Origin: Macrostomum lignano
Taxonomy: Eukaryota
Reading direction: 5' to 3'
Length of the DNA: 64,000 bases
Assembly (NCBI GenBank): GCA_002269645.1
Contig: NIVC01000162.1
Coordinates: 186,001-250,000, forward strand
Shown here: one piece after another, positions 50,294 through 63,744 of the stretch
Layout: each line of letters opens with the position of its first letter
Numbering within the stretch: the first letter of the stretch is position 1
Notes under the pieces: model-generated
The model's database searches: none
What the model was told of the DNA's origin: nothing
Seen by the model: the letters and a program-made list of their open reading frames with translations, nothing else
Made by a program: the position numbers and the translations under genes

Positions 50294-53200
50294 ACTGTCT
50301 GTGTGTTTACGTGGACTTTTTGGAAGTTCAGTAGCCTCGTTAGCTGGACCAACCGGTGTAGGTAGACCACTTAGGTGGACCACCAAATAATTTTGTCTCT
50401 GGTGGGGTTAAGACGTTGATGAGGATCTCACATTAATGTCAGGCGGGTCAAGAAAGGCTTAAGCAATTTTGGGATGTCTAGCATGGATTTTGCCAAAGTT
50501 ATTTGCATTTCAGTTTAGCTGGACCTCCAGCCTGGTCTACCTAAACCGAGCGAGTCTGGTCCACGTAAACCGAAAAATTTCAGAAAATTTTTCGAAATCG
50601 TCTGTTTGTGTCTGTTTGTGTCTGTTTGTGTCTGTTTGTGTATAGCAGTTATTAAGCATAGATTCAATGCAAAACTGAATTTTTTACAGATCATTACCTT
50701 ACGAACAAAGGGCTATGTTGGCATCATATTATGACCGCTACTGGCTTTAAAACAATATGCGTTCAGTTCTTTGACATTCAAGTAGGTGCGCAGGTTAATT
50801 AAAAATTCTGAAACCTCGTATGCGAAATGAATTTGATACAGTAAACTTTAAACTCCATTTAATTAGCTCAGTTCCAGCAATTCCGGTATCGTACTCTGAG
50901 CACAGACTCACAGAGTAAGACACCAACGTAAAGAAATCCAATTCGCTAACCAGATCAAACGATAAAGACTCCGAGACAAGAAAGATATTTAAGTGAAGCT
51001 TAAATAGTATTCTTCAATGACTTCTCAAGAACTCCCAGTGGTCCTTGATAGCCACACTGTGTAAATGCGAATTTCTGAGGCTCTACCATTACACAAGAAG
51101 AAAATAGCAACTTCATGAATTAAGTGCTTGCCAATTCTATCCTAAACACTATGGGATATCCTGTTCTATCCTCCTCCAATGTTGGAAGAAGAAGATCCTA
51201 AGCTGCAGCCTTTCAAGTGCAAAGTTGAAGATGCAATTTACCTAATTGAAAAGGACAATTCATACATGTACATGCAAAAGATTTGATCAAGAGGACGCAA
51301 TTAAGAAGGGCCTTTTAGCTAGCGATCGGGTCTCTGACTCTCTAGCAAAAGGTCGACTTGATTGCGGTCCCAGTAAAACTAAGAACGCATTAACAGTCAG
51401 CCTAACACTCACTGTCTGTTTGGTCCACGTAAACACATGTGCAGGAGTATAGGGTTGGGACAGACAGACAGACAGACCTCCCTTTCTATAATTGGCTGGT
51501 TAACACTTAGGAGGATAGATCCACCCCAACAATGGGACCGACCGCAGCCAATAGGAAACCCGCAAGCGTTCTGAAGGTAAGACAGTGGAGAGAGGGATAT
51601 ATAATGTCTAAGCGGGTGGTCCACGTAAACCATGGCGTAGTGAGACCAGACACAGACAGTTTAAAAGAAAGTACTTATAATCCATACTATACAACTCTAA
51701 AGGATTGCAATTGTATAGATTAGAACGCTTTTTTATACTTAATAGGTCTAATGTTAATCCTTACTCCAAGTTTCATCCACATATAAATTTATTGTGCCAA
51801 AAACTGTAATCTACAACCAAGATATGATAACCCGCAAAAAAGGACGCCAAGCCTAAAATAAAAACTAAAAAAAACACCGTCGCAAAAAGCCACTGCGAAA
51901 TCGAAGAAGCCGCATCGCCTGGTGAAAATCATCAGTCTGCTCGCAAATCCGTCGACACCGAGTCCAGAAAAGTGAGTTTCGTTTGATGATCTCAAAGTAG
52001 CTAGCTGCAGGGCCTGCAACTCAATTGCTGTAGAGAAGCTGGTCCACCTAACCTACAGACACAACTGAATCAGCTCTCTCAGTCTGTTTGAGGCTTTGGC
52101 TCTCAGTAGCTGGTCCACCTAACCTACAGACACAACTCGAACAGATTTCTCTGTCTGTTTGAGGCTCTGGCTCTCAGAGCCGCCGAGAAAGTTTAGTGCC
52201 GAGAATGCTTCAGTTTGTTAGAATGCAATCAGAACAGATTCCTAGAAAGTGAGCTAGTCCAGCATCGAGGTAGAACATCTGGATGTGTAACGAGAGGCTC
52301 TCGGAGATTCCTGGCTCAGATTATCGCCTAGAAGTGCTGTAGAATAGCTGGTCCACCTAACCTACAGACACAACTCGAACAGATTTCTCTGTCTGTTTGA
52401 GGCTCTGGCTCTCAGAGCCGCCGAGAAAGTTTAGTGCCGAGAATGCTTCAGTTTGTTAGAATGCAATCAGAACAGATTCCTAGAAAGTGAGCTAGTCCAG
52501 CATCAAGGCAGAACATCTGGATGTGTAACGAAAGTCTCTCGGAGACTCCTGGCTCAGATTATCGCCTAGAAGTGCTGTGGAGTAGCTGGTCCACCTAACC
52601 TACAGACACAACTCGAACAGATTTCTCTGTCTGTTTGAGGCTCTGGATCTCAGAGCCGCCGAGAAAGTTTAGTGCCGAGAATGCTTCAGTTTGTTAGAAT
52701 GCAATCAGAACAGATTCCTAGAAAGTGAGCTAGTCCAGCATCAAGGCAGAACATCTGGATGTGTAACGAAAGTCTCTCGGAGACTCCTGGCTCAGATTAT
52801 CGCCTAGAAGTGCTGTGAAGTAGCTGGTCCACCTAACCTACAGACACAACTCGAACAGATTTCTCTGTCTGTTTGAGGCTCTGGCTCTTAGGTGGTCCAC
52901 ATAACCTACAGACACAACTGAAGCAGCTCTCTCAGTCTGTTTGAGGCTTTGGCTCTCAGTAGCTGGTCCACCTAACCTACAGACACAACTCGAACAGATT
53001 TCTCTGTCTGTTTAAGGCTCTGGCTCTCAGAGCCGCCGAGAAAGTTTAGTGCAGAAAATGCTTCAGTTTGTTAGAATGCAATCAGAACATATTCCTAGAA
53101 AGTGAGCTAGTCCAGCATCAAGGCAGAACATCTGGATGTGTAACGAAAGTCTCTCGGAGACTCCTGGCTCAGATTATCGCCTAGAAGTGCTGTGGAGTAG

Positions 53201-56200
53201 CTGGTCCACCTAACCTACAGACACAACTCGAACAGATTTCTCTGTCTGTTTGAGGCTCTGGCTCTCAGAGCCGCCGAGAAAGTTTAGTGCCGAGAATGCT
53301 TCAGTTTGTTAGAATGCAATCAGAACAGATTCCTAGAAAGTGAGCTAGTCCAGCATCAAGGCAGAACATCTGGATGTGTAACGAAAGTCTCTCGGAGACT
53401 CCTGGCTCAGATTATCGCCTAGAAGTGCTGTGGAGTAGCTGGTCCACCTAACCTACAGACACAACTCGAACAGATTTCTCTGTCTGTTTGAGGCTCTGGA
53501 TCTCAGAGCCGCCGAGAAAGTTTAGTGCCGAGAATGCTTCAGTTTGTTAGAATGCAATCAGAACAGATTCCTAGAAAGTGAGCTAGTCCAGCATCAAGGC
53601 AGAACATCTGGATGTGTAACGAGAGGCTCTCGGAGATTCCTGGCTCAGATTATCGCCTAGAAGTGCTGTAGAATAGCTGGTCCACCTAACCTACAGACAC
53701 AACTCGAACAGATTTCTCTGTCTGTTTGAGGCTCTGGATCTCAGAGCCGCCGAGAAAGTTTAGTGCCGAGAATGCTTCAGTTTGTTAGAATGCAATCAGA
53801 ACAGATTCCTAGAAAGTGAGCTAGTCCAGCATCAAGGCAGAACATCTGGATTGTAACGAGAGGCTCTCGGAGATTCCTGGCTCAGATTATCGCCTAGAAG
53901 TGCTGTGGAGTAGCTGGTCCACCTAACCTACAGACACAACTCGAACAGATTTCTCTGTCTGTTTGAGGCTCTGGCTCTCAGAGCCGCCGAGAAAGTTTAG
54001 TGCCGAGAATGCTTCAGTTTGTTAGAATGCAATCAGAACATATTCCTAGAAAGTGAGCTAGTCCAGCATCGAGGTAGAACATCTGGATGTGTAACGAGAG
54101 GCTCTCGGAGATTCCTGGCTCAGATTATCGCCTAGAAGTGCTTTGGAGTAGCTGGTCCACCTAACCTACAGACACAACTCGAACAGATTTCTCTGTCTGT
54201 TTAGGGCTCTGGCTCTTAGGTGGTCCACATAACCTACAGACACAACTGAAGCAGCTCTCTCAGTCTGTTTGAGGCTTTGGCTCTCAGTAGCTGGTCCACC
54301 TAACCTACAGACACAACTCGAACAGATTTCTCTGTCTGTTTAAGGCTCTGGCTCTCAGAGCCGCCGAGAAAGTTTAGTGCAGAAAATGCTTCAGTTTGTT
54401 AGAATGCAATCAGAACAGATTCCTAGAAAGTGAGCTAGTCCAGCATCAAGGCAGAACATCTGGATGTGTAACGAAAGTCTCTCGGAGACTCCTGGCTCAG
54501 ATTATCGCCTAGAAGTGCTGTGGAGTAGCTGGTCCACCTAACCTACAGACACAACTCGAACAGATTTCTCTGTCTGTTTAGGGCTCTGGCTCTTAGGTGG
54601 TCCACATAACCTACAGACACAACTGAAGCAGCTCTCTCAGTCTGTTTGAGGCTTTGGCTCTCAGTAGCTGGTCCACCTAACCTACAGACACAACTCGAAC
54701 AGATTTCTCTGTCTGTTTAAGGCTCTGGCTCTCAGAGCCGCCGAGAAAGTTTAGTGCAGAAAATGCTTCAGTTTGTTAGAATGCAATCAGAACATATTCC
54801 TAGAAAGTGAGCTAGTCCAGCATCAAGGCAGAACATCTGGATGTGTAACGAGAGGCTCTCGGAGATTCCTGGCTCAGATTATCGCCTAGAAGTGCTTTGG
54901 AGTAGCTGGTCCACCTAACCTACAGACACAACTCGAACAGATTTCTCTGTCTGTTTAGGGCTCTGGCTCTTAGGTGGTCCACATAACCTACAGACACAAC
55001 TGAAGCAGCTCTCTCAGTCTGTTTGAGGCTTTGGCTCTCAGTAGCTGGTCCACCTAACCTACAGACACAACTCGAACAGATTTCTCTGTCTGTTTAAGGC
55101 TCTGGCTCTCAGAGCCGCCGAGAAAGTTTAGTGCAGAAAATGCTTCAGTTTGTTAGAATGCAATCAGAACAGATTCCTAGAAAGTGAGCTAGTCCAGCAT
55201 CAAGGCAGAACATCTGGATGTGTAACGAAAGTCTCTCGGAGACTCCTGGCTCAGATTATCGCCTAGAAGTGCTGTGGAGTAGCTGGTCCACCTAACCTAC
55301 AGACACAACTCGAACAGATTTCTCTGTCTGTTTAGGGCTCTGGCTCTTAGGTGGTCCACATAACCTACAGACACAACTGAAGCAGCTCTCTCAGTCTGTT
55401 TGAGGCTTTGGCTCTCAGTAGCTGGTCCACCTAACCTACAGACACAACTCGAACAGATTTCTCTGTCTGTTTAAGGCTCTGGCTCTCAGAGCCGCCGAGA
55501 AAGTTTAGTGCAGAAAATGCTTCAGTTTGTTAGAATGCAATCAGAACATATTCCTAGAAAGTGAGCTAGTCCAGCATCAAGGCAGAACATCTGGATGTGT
55601 AACGAGAGGCTCTCGGAGATTCCTGGCTCAGATTATCGCCTAGAAGTGCTGTGGAGTAGCTGGTCCACCTAACCTACAGACACAACTCGAACAGATTTCT
55701 CTGTCTGTTTAGGGCTCTGGCTCTTAGGTGGTCCACATAACCTACAGACACAACTGAAGCAGCTCTCTCAGTCTGTTTGAGGCTTTGGCTCTCAGTAGCT
55801 GGTCCACCTAACCTACAGACACAACTCGAACAGATTTCTCTGTCTGTTTAAGGCTCTGGCTCTCAGAGCCGCCGAGAAAGTTTAGTGCAGAAAATGCTTC
55901 AGTTTGTTAGAATGCAATCAGAACAGATTCCTAGAAAGTGAGCTAGTCCAGCATCAAGGCAGAACATCTGGATGTGTAACGAAAGTCTCTCGGAGACTCC
56001 TGGCTCAGATTATCGCCTAGAAGTGCTGTGGAGTAGCTGGTCCACCTAACCTACAGACACAACTCGAACAGATTTCTCTGTCTGTTTAGGGCTCTGGCTC
56101 TTAGGTGGTCCACATAACCTACAGACACAACTGAAGCAGCTCTCTCAGTCTGTTTGAGGCTTTGGCTCTCAGTAGCTGGTCCACCTAACCTACAGACACA

Positions 56201-59200
56201 ACTCGAACAGATTTCTCTGTCTGTTTAAGGCTCTGGCTCTCAGAGCCGCCGAGAAAGTTTAGTGCAGAAAATGCTTCAGTTTGTTAGAATGCAATCAGAA
56301 CATATTCCTAGAAAGTGAGCTAGTCCAGCATCAAGGCAGAACATCTGGATGTGTAACGAGAGGCTCTCGGAGATTCCTGGCTCAGATTATCGCCTAGAAG
56401 TGCTTTGGAGTAGCTGGTCCACCTAACCTACAGACACAACTCGAACAGATTTCTCTGTCTGTTTAGGGCTCTGGCTCTTAGGTGGTCCACATAACCTACA
56501 GACACAACTGAAGCAGCTCTCTCAGTCTGTTTGAGGCTTTGGCTCTCAGTAGCTGGTCCACCTAACCTACAGACACAACTCGAACAGATTTCTCTGTCTG
56601 TTTAAGGCTCTGGCTCTCAGAGCCGCCGAGAAAGTTTAGTGCAGAAAATGCTTCAGTTTGTTAGAATGCAATCAGAACAGATTCCTAGAAAGTGAGCTAG
56701 TCCAGCATCAAGGCAGAACATCTGGATGTGTAACGAAAGTCTCTCGGAGACTCCTGGCTCAGATTATCGCCTAGAAGTGCTGTGGAGTAGCTGGTCCACC
56801 TAACCTACAGACACAACTCGAACAGATTTCTCTGTCTGTTTAGGGCTCTGGCTCTTAGGTGGTCCACATAACCTACAGACACAACTGAAGCAGCTCTCTC
56901 AGTCTGTTTGAGGCTTTGGCTCTCAGTAGCTGGTCCACCTAACCTACAGACACAACTCGAACAGATTTCTCTGTCTGTTTAAGGCTCTGGCTCTCAGAGC
57001 CGCCGAGAAAGTTTAGTGCAGAAAATGCTTCAGTTTGTTAGAATGCAATCAGAACATATTCCTAGAAAGTGAGCTAGTCCAGCATCAAGGCAGAACATCT
57101 GGATGTGTAACGAGAGGCTCTCGGAGATTCCTGGCTCAGATTATCGCCTAGAAGTGCTGTGGAGTAGCTGGTCCACCTAACCTACAGACACAACTCGAAC
57201 AGATTTCTCTGTCTGTTTAGGGCTCTGGCTCTTAGGTGGTCCACATAACCTACAGACACAACTGAAGCAGCTCTCTCAGTCTGTTTGAGGCTTTGGCTCT
57301 CAGTAGCTGGTCCACCTAACCTACAGACACAACTCGAACAGATTTCTCTGTCTGTTTAAGGCTCTGGCTCTCAGAGCCGCCGAGAAAGTTTAGTGCAGAA
57401 AATGCTTCAGTTTGTTAGAATGCAATCAGAACATATTCCTAGAAAGTGAGCTAGTCCAGCATCAAGGCAGAACATCTGGATGTGTAACGAAAGTCTCTCG
57501 GAGACTCCTGGCTCAGATTATCGCCTAGAAGTGCTGTGGAGTAGCTGGTCCACCTAACCTACAGACACAACTCGAACAGATTTCTCTGTCTGTTTGAGGC
57601 TCTGGCTCTTAGAGCCGCCGAGAAAGTTTAGTGCCGAGAATGCTTCAGTTTGTTAGAATGCAATCAGAACAGATTCCTAGAAAGTGAGCTAGTCCAGCAT
57701 CAAGGCAGAACATCTGGATGTGTAACGAGAGGCTCTCGGAGATTCCTGGCTCAGATTATCGCCTAGAAGTGCTGTAGAATAGCTGGTCCACCTAACCTAC
57801 AGACACAACTCGAACAGATTTCTCTGTCTGTTTGAGGCTCTGGCTCTCAGAGCCGCCGAGAAAGTTTAGTGCCGAGAATGCTTCAGTTTGTTAGAATGCA
57901 ATCAGAACAGATTCCTAGAAAGTGAGCTAGTCCAGCATCAAGGCAGAACATCTGGATGTGTAACGAAAGTCTCTCGGAGACTCCTGGCTCAGATTATCGC
58001 CTAGAAGTGCTGTGGAGTAGCTGGTCCACCTAACCTACAGACACAACTCGAACAGATTTCTCTGTCTGTTTGAGGCTCTGGATCTCAGAGCCGCCGAGAA
58101 AGTTTAGTGCCGAGAATGCTTCAGTTTGTTAGAATGCAATCAGAACAGATTCCTAGAAAGTGAGCTAGTCCAGCATCAAGGCAGAACATCTGGATTGTAA
58201 CGAGAGGCTCTCGGAGATTCCTGGCTCAGATTATCGCCTAGAAGTGCTGTGGAGTAGCTGGTCCACCTAACCTACAGACACAACTCGAACAGATTTCTCT
58301 GTCTGTTTGAGGCTCTGGATCTCAGAGCCGCCGAGAAAGTTTAGTGCCGAGAATGCTTCAGTTTGTTAGAATGCAATCAGAACATATTCCTAGAAAGTGA
58401 GCTAGTCCAGCATCGAGGTAGAACATCTGGATGTGTAACGAGAGGCTCTCGGAGATTCCTGGCTCAGATTATCGCCTAGAAGTGCTTTGGAGTAGCTGGT
58501 CCACCTAACCTACAGACACAACTCGAACAGATTTCTCTGTCTGTTTAGGGCTCTGGCTCTTAGGTGGTCCACATAACCTACAGACACAACTGAAGCAGCT
58601 CTCTCAGTCTGTTTGAGGCTTTGGCTCTCAGTAGCTGGTCCACCTAACCTACAGACACAACTCGAACAGATTTCTCTGTCTGTTTAAGGCTCTGGCTCTC
58701 AGAGCCGCCGAGAAAGTTTAGTGCAGAAAATGCTTCAGTTTGTTAGAATGCAATCAGAACAGATTCCTAGAAAGTGAGCTAGTCCAGCATCAAGGCAGAA
58801 CATCTGGATGTGTAACGAAAGTCTCTCGGAGACTCCTGGCTCAGATTATCGCCTAGAAGTGCTGTGGAGTAGCTGGTCCACCTAACCTACAGACACAACT
58901 CGAACAGATTTCTCTGTCTGTTTAGGGCTCTGGCTCTTAGGTGGTCCACATAACCTACAGACACAACTGAAGCAGCTCTCTCAGTCTGTTTGAGGCTTTG
59001 GCTCTCAGTAGCTGGTCCACCTAAACCTACAGACACAACTCGAACAGATTTCTCTGTCTGTTTAAGGCTCTGGCTCTCAGAGCCGCCGAGAAAGTTTAGT
59101 GCAGAAAATGCTTCAGTTTGTTAGAATGCAATCAGAACAGATTCCTAGAAAGTGAGCTAGTCCAGCATCAAGGCAGAACATCTGGATGTGTAACGAAAGT

Positions 59201-61496
59201 CTCTCGGAGACTCCTGGCTCAGATTATCGCCTAGAAGTGCTGTGGAGTAGCTGGTCCACCTAACCTACAGACACAACTCGAACAGATTTCTCTGTCTGTT
59301 TAGGGCTCTGGCTCTTAGGTGGTCCACATAACCTACAGACACAACTGAAGCAGCTCTCTCAGTCTGTTTGAGGCTTTGGCTCTCAGTAGCTGGTCCACCT
59401 AACCTACAGACACAACTCGAACAGATTTCTCTGTCTGTTTAAGGCTCTGGCTCTCAGAGCCGCCGAGAAAGTTTAGTGCAGAAAATGCTTCAGTTTGTTA
59501 GAATGCAATCAGAACATATTCCTAGAAAGTGAGCTAGTCCAGCATCAAGGCAGAACATCTGGATGTGTAACGAAAGTCTCTCGGAGACTCCTGGCTCAGA
59601 TTATCGCCTAGAAGTGCTGTGGAGTAGCTGGTCCACCTAACCTACAGACACAACTCGAACAGATTTCTCTGTCTGTTTGAGGCTCTGGCTCTCAGAGCCG
59701 CCGAGAAAGTTTAGTGCCGAGAATGCTTCAGTTTGTTAGAATGCAATCAGAACAGATTCCTAGAAAGTGAGCTAGTCCAGCATCAAGGCAGAACATCTGG
59801 ATGTGTAACGAAAGTCTCTCGGAGACTCCTGGCTCAGATTATCGCCTAGAAGTGCTGTGGAGTAGCTGGTCCACCTAACCTACAGACACAACTCGAACAG
59901 ATTTCTGTCTGTTTGAGGCTCTGGCTCTCAGAGCCGCCGAGAAAGTTTAGTGCCGAGAATGCTTCAGTTTGTTAGAATGCAATCAGAACAGATTCCTAGA
60001 AAGTGAGCTAGTCCAGCATCAAGGCAGAACATCTGGATGTGTAACGAAAGTCTCTCGGAGACTCCTGGCTCAGATTATCGCCTAGAAGTGCTGTGGAGTA
60101 GCTGGTCCACCTAACCTACAGACACAACTCGAACAGATTTCTCTGTCTGTTTGAGGCTCTGGCTCTTAGGTGGTCCACATAACCTACAGACACAACTCGA
60201 ACAGATTTCTCTGTCTGTTTGAGGCTCTGGCTCTTAGGTGGTCCACATAACCTACAGACACAACTGAAGCAGCTCTCTCAGTCTGTTTGAGGCTTTGGCT
60301 CTCAGAAGGTGGTTCACCTCACCTACAGACACAACTCGAACAGATTTCTCTGTCTGTTTGAGGCTCTGGATCTGAGGTGGTTCACATAACCTACAGACAC
60401 AACTGGAACAGATTTCTGTGTCTGTTTGATTGTCAGTTATTTTTATTTTCTACCTTTGTAGGAGCCTGTGTTTGATTTTGTTCGCCTGAGCTCGACGAGA
60501 CTGACTGCGTTTCACCGAGATGAAGGTTAAAACGAACTGTAAAAGAAGATTTAAACCACTAATTGACGAGAAATATAGAAAGGTTCATCATAGAGCTGAG
60601 CTGACGAAAGTGGATTCGATGGCTGAGTAAGCTGAAATTCGTGAGAGAGGCAATGACAGATCAATAACAGAAGCGGTCCCGGACCACGGAGGCAGGGAAG
60701 GTCCAGGAGAATATTTCGTAGAAAAAATAAGAAGATAAGGCCATCATCTGCGTGAACGAAAAGATGAAAGTCGGTAAAATGATTGGCTTATCATATGATT
60801 GCTCACCAACTCATTCAGTATAATAGGACCGATGTAGTCAAATCAATTTAATTTCAGTTTTAGTAACTTTTGTCGTTATTAAAAATGCCCTTCAACTTCT
60901 TGTAGGCTCGTACTCGGATGACCTTTTTAACTAATGGAATCTTACGTTTGTTAACATGTATTTGAAGCATACATTTTGACCTAAATTAGTTTTAATGAGT
61001 TTACAGTTAGTATTTGATATGATTCTGTATTTATTTTCAAAATGCTTTATTTTCATTCACCTTCTTGTATTCACGCGACGCAACTAACTAATGCGATCGT
61101 ACATTTGTTTAACCCGATTAACCCGATTAGTAATGCTAAATAAATTGGTTTGAACTTGGGATATTTTCATTAAATGACGTCGTAACCCTTTTATCTGTTC
61201 TTTTTGAGAATTTCTGTTTTAATTAGTTCAAAAGAACAGTTTAAAGCAATAAATTTTCTACAACGAAAGAGGTCTAACTAAACCAACTGTTTTTTTGCGG
61301 TCCACCTAACCCGGTCCCCAAAACGTAGTTAGTGAACCACCACAGTTTCCCCGAACTGGCTATTCCGTCAAGTTAACAAAAAGATAACCCTAGCTAGCCT
61401 TTCGCGTTGTCAAAACAGACTCTATTTTTTAACCGGAATTGCGTGGTCCACGTAACGCATTAACATAACTCAGGTCCCGCTAAACACACAGACAGT
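50294..61496. mobile_element. Possible non-autonomous element (Helentron/DINE-like or foldback) carrying the central satellite
   Basis: 16-bp perfect inverted repeat ACTGTCTGTGTGTTTA (50294-50309) / TAAACACACAGACAGT (61481-61496). GGTCCAC(G/C)TAA motifs occur in both arms and (TCTG)n tracts lie outside both ends. No TSD or transposase was seen. Confidence 0.4.
52038..60430. repeat. 8.4-kb satellite array: 238-bp unit, about 68-71-bp sub-units, 377-bp higher-order repeat
   Basis: The anchor TGGTCCACC occurs at 52111/52349/52587 (238 bp) and 54153/54530/54907 (377 bp). No ORFs. Confidence 0.97.
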
Positions 61497-61504
61497 CGTA
61501 AGAG

Positions 61505-61810
<306 letters not shown>

Positions 61811-62339
61811 TATTTCCTGGAGTCTGTCTAAGTCTCGCATGTCGGTGCCAGCAAAGCGGTCTCCATGCCCGTGCCTGACCCAAATCAAGGACTCGGCATT
61901 GATGGATACTCGCTAACTGTTTCCCCTCCTCCTTTGCCTATACAGTTTATAATCACCGAAAACAGCCCAGAACACAGCAGATTATCCAGGCCCCCATTTG
62001 CTGAATATTGTTATAATAAAACAAAATCCACCCTCAGCTGCCTGATCAAGGGATGAAGAAAGTTGATTCCGACAATCTCCTTTTACCGACCGCTATCTAC
62101 AAGGGAGAGACTGGCAGCGCTCAGCTATGCCTCGAAACTCGTACTTCCCAGTTGCACTTTTTCTCTTGGTCAAATCAATTCACTTTCTTTGCGGCACTTC
62201 TTGGGACGACAACTCAGAAAATACGTATAAAGTGAACAGCGGCGTTCGGGAATGAGAAGATAAAGGAGAAATAAATGCGATAAAACGGAGCCTCAAGATG
62301 TGCAGGATGGAGATTTTATAAGCGTCAACTTGGAGATTC

Positions 62340-63240
62340 AGTAAGCGGTAAGCAGGAACCTTAGTGAGCTTTAAATTGTATCTTCACCAAGCGTAAAATA
62401 GAAAAATAGGAAAATTAAGCGCCAAATTGGTACCTCAGTAAGCGCCATAAAGAAGCCTCAGTAAGCGTCAAGTAGCAACATCAGTAAGCGCCAAAAAGAA
62501 GTCTCAGTGAGCACCTAATAGGAGCTTCAGTAAGCACCTAATAGGAACCTTAGTAAGCGCAAAAAAGCCTCTGTAAGCGCCAAAATAAACTTTAGTAAGC
62601 GCCAAGTAGCAACATCAGTAAGCGCCAAATATGAACCTCTGTAAGCGCCAAAAAGAAGCCTCAGTAAGCGTCAAGTAGCAGTAAGCGCCAAAAAGAAGCC
62701 TCAGTAAGCGTCAAGTAGCAGTAAGCGCCAAAAAGAAGCCTCAGTAAGCGTCAAGTAGCAGTAAGCGCCAAAAAGAAGCCTCAGTAAGCGTCAAGTAGCA
62801 GTAAGCGCCAAAAAGAAGCCGATCAGTAAGCGTCAAGTAGCAGTAAGCGCCAAAAAGAAGCCTCAGTAAGCGTCAAGTAGCAGTAAGCGCCAAATAGAAG
62901 CCTCAGTAAGCGTCAAGTAGCAGTAAGCGCCAAAAATAAGCCTCAGTAAGCGTCAAGTAGCAGTAAGCGCCAAAAAGAAGCCGATCAGTAAGCGTCAAGT
63001 AGCAGTAAGCGCCAAAAAGAAGCCTCAGTAAGAGCCAAATAGAAACTTTAGTAAGCGCTAAGTAGCAAAATCAGTAAACGCCAAACATGAACCTCAGTAA
63101 GCTCCTAATAGGAACCTCAGTAAGCGCCAAATATAAACGTTAGTAAGCGCCAAATAGGAACATCAGTAAGCGCCAAAAGAAGCCCTAGTAAGCACCAGAA
63201 AGGAACTTCAGTAAGCGCCAAATAGGAGCTTCAATAAGCG
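62340..63240. repeat. CAGTAAGCG-core minisatellite with a homogenised 40-bp dimer in the centre
   Basis: Unit GTAAGCGCCAAAAAGAAGCCTCAGTAAGCGTCAAGTAGCA at about 62640-63020, with degenerate about 20-23-bp units either side. Confidence 0.9.
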
Positions 63241-63744
63241 CAAATATAAGGTGAATGAGGTAGGCTGTACCTAGAAATCAGGTGAAATGTCTTATTTCGA
63301 AGGAAAGAGGAGGGTGGCTGGATGGTGGGACACTGCAGAGAGTCGAGTTCGCAACCAGCTGCTTATTTTGCGCTGACGGACAGCATCAGTGAATTCCCAA
63401 TGCGCACCCAATGCCTTCCTCTGTCAGTTATCTGGATACATGATTCTAATAATACAAATTGAATGCCGCAGTGTATAATTCATGGAGGCAATGAATGAAG
63501 GTTAGGGTTAAAGATATGCTTATTACATTTCTTAACACAATGCTTTGCAGCTATACCTGCCGCTGTTTCTCTCATTTCCCGGCTTGAGTTTCTGCCTGTC
63601 CCAGTGCTCTCCCTACGGACACACTTGAGCTCATGTTTTTTAAGAATTGTTTGCACCGACGTGCAATACTGGCAAGAACTGAGAAAGTCTCGGGGAGAAA
63701 AATGGACTTTGCTCTTAGGGAGTTAGACAACATCACTGACTAAT

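Noticed and set aside
51830-51975. Lys-rich reading frame ending at a GTGAGT donor
   Set aside because: There is an in-frame stop upstream, no convincing acceptor, and no partner exon.
52111-52348. Hammerhead ribozyme in the satellite, as in schistosome or newt satellites
   Set aside because: GAAA is present but the CTGANGA core with proper stems was not found.
52038-60430. CRISPR-like appearance of regularly spaced repeats
   Set aside because: The intervening sequences are themselves repeated (no unique spacers), there are no cas genes, and the context is eukaryotic.
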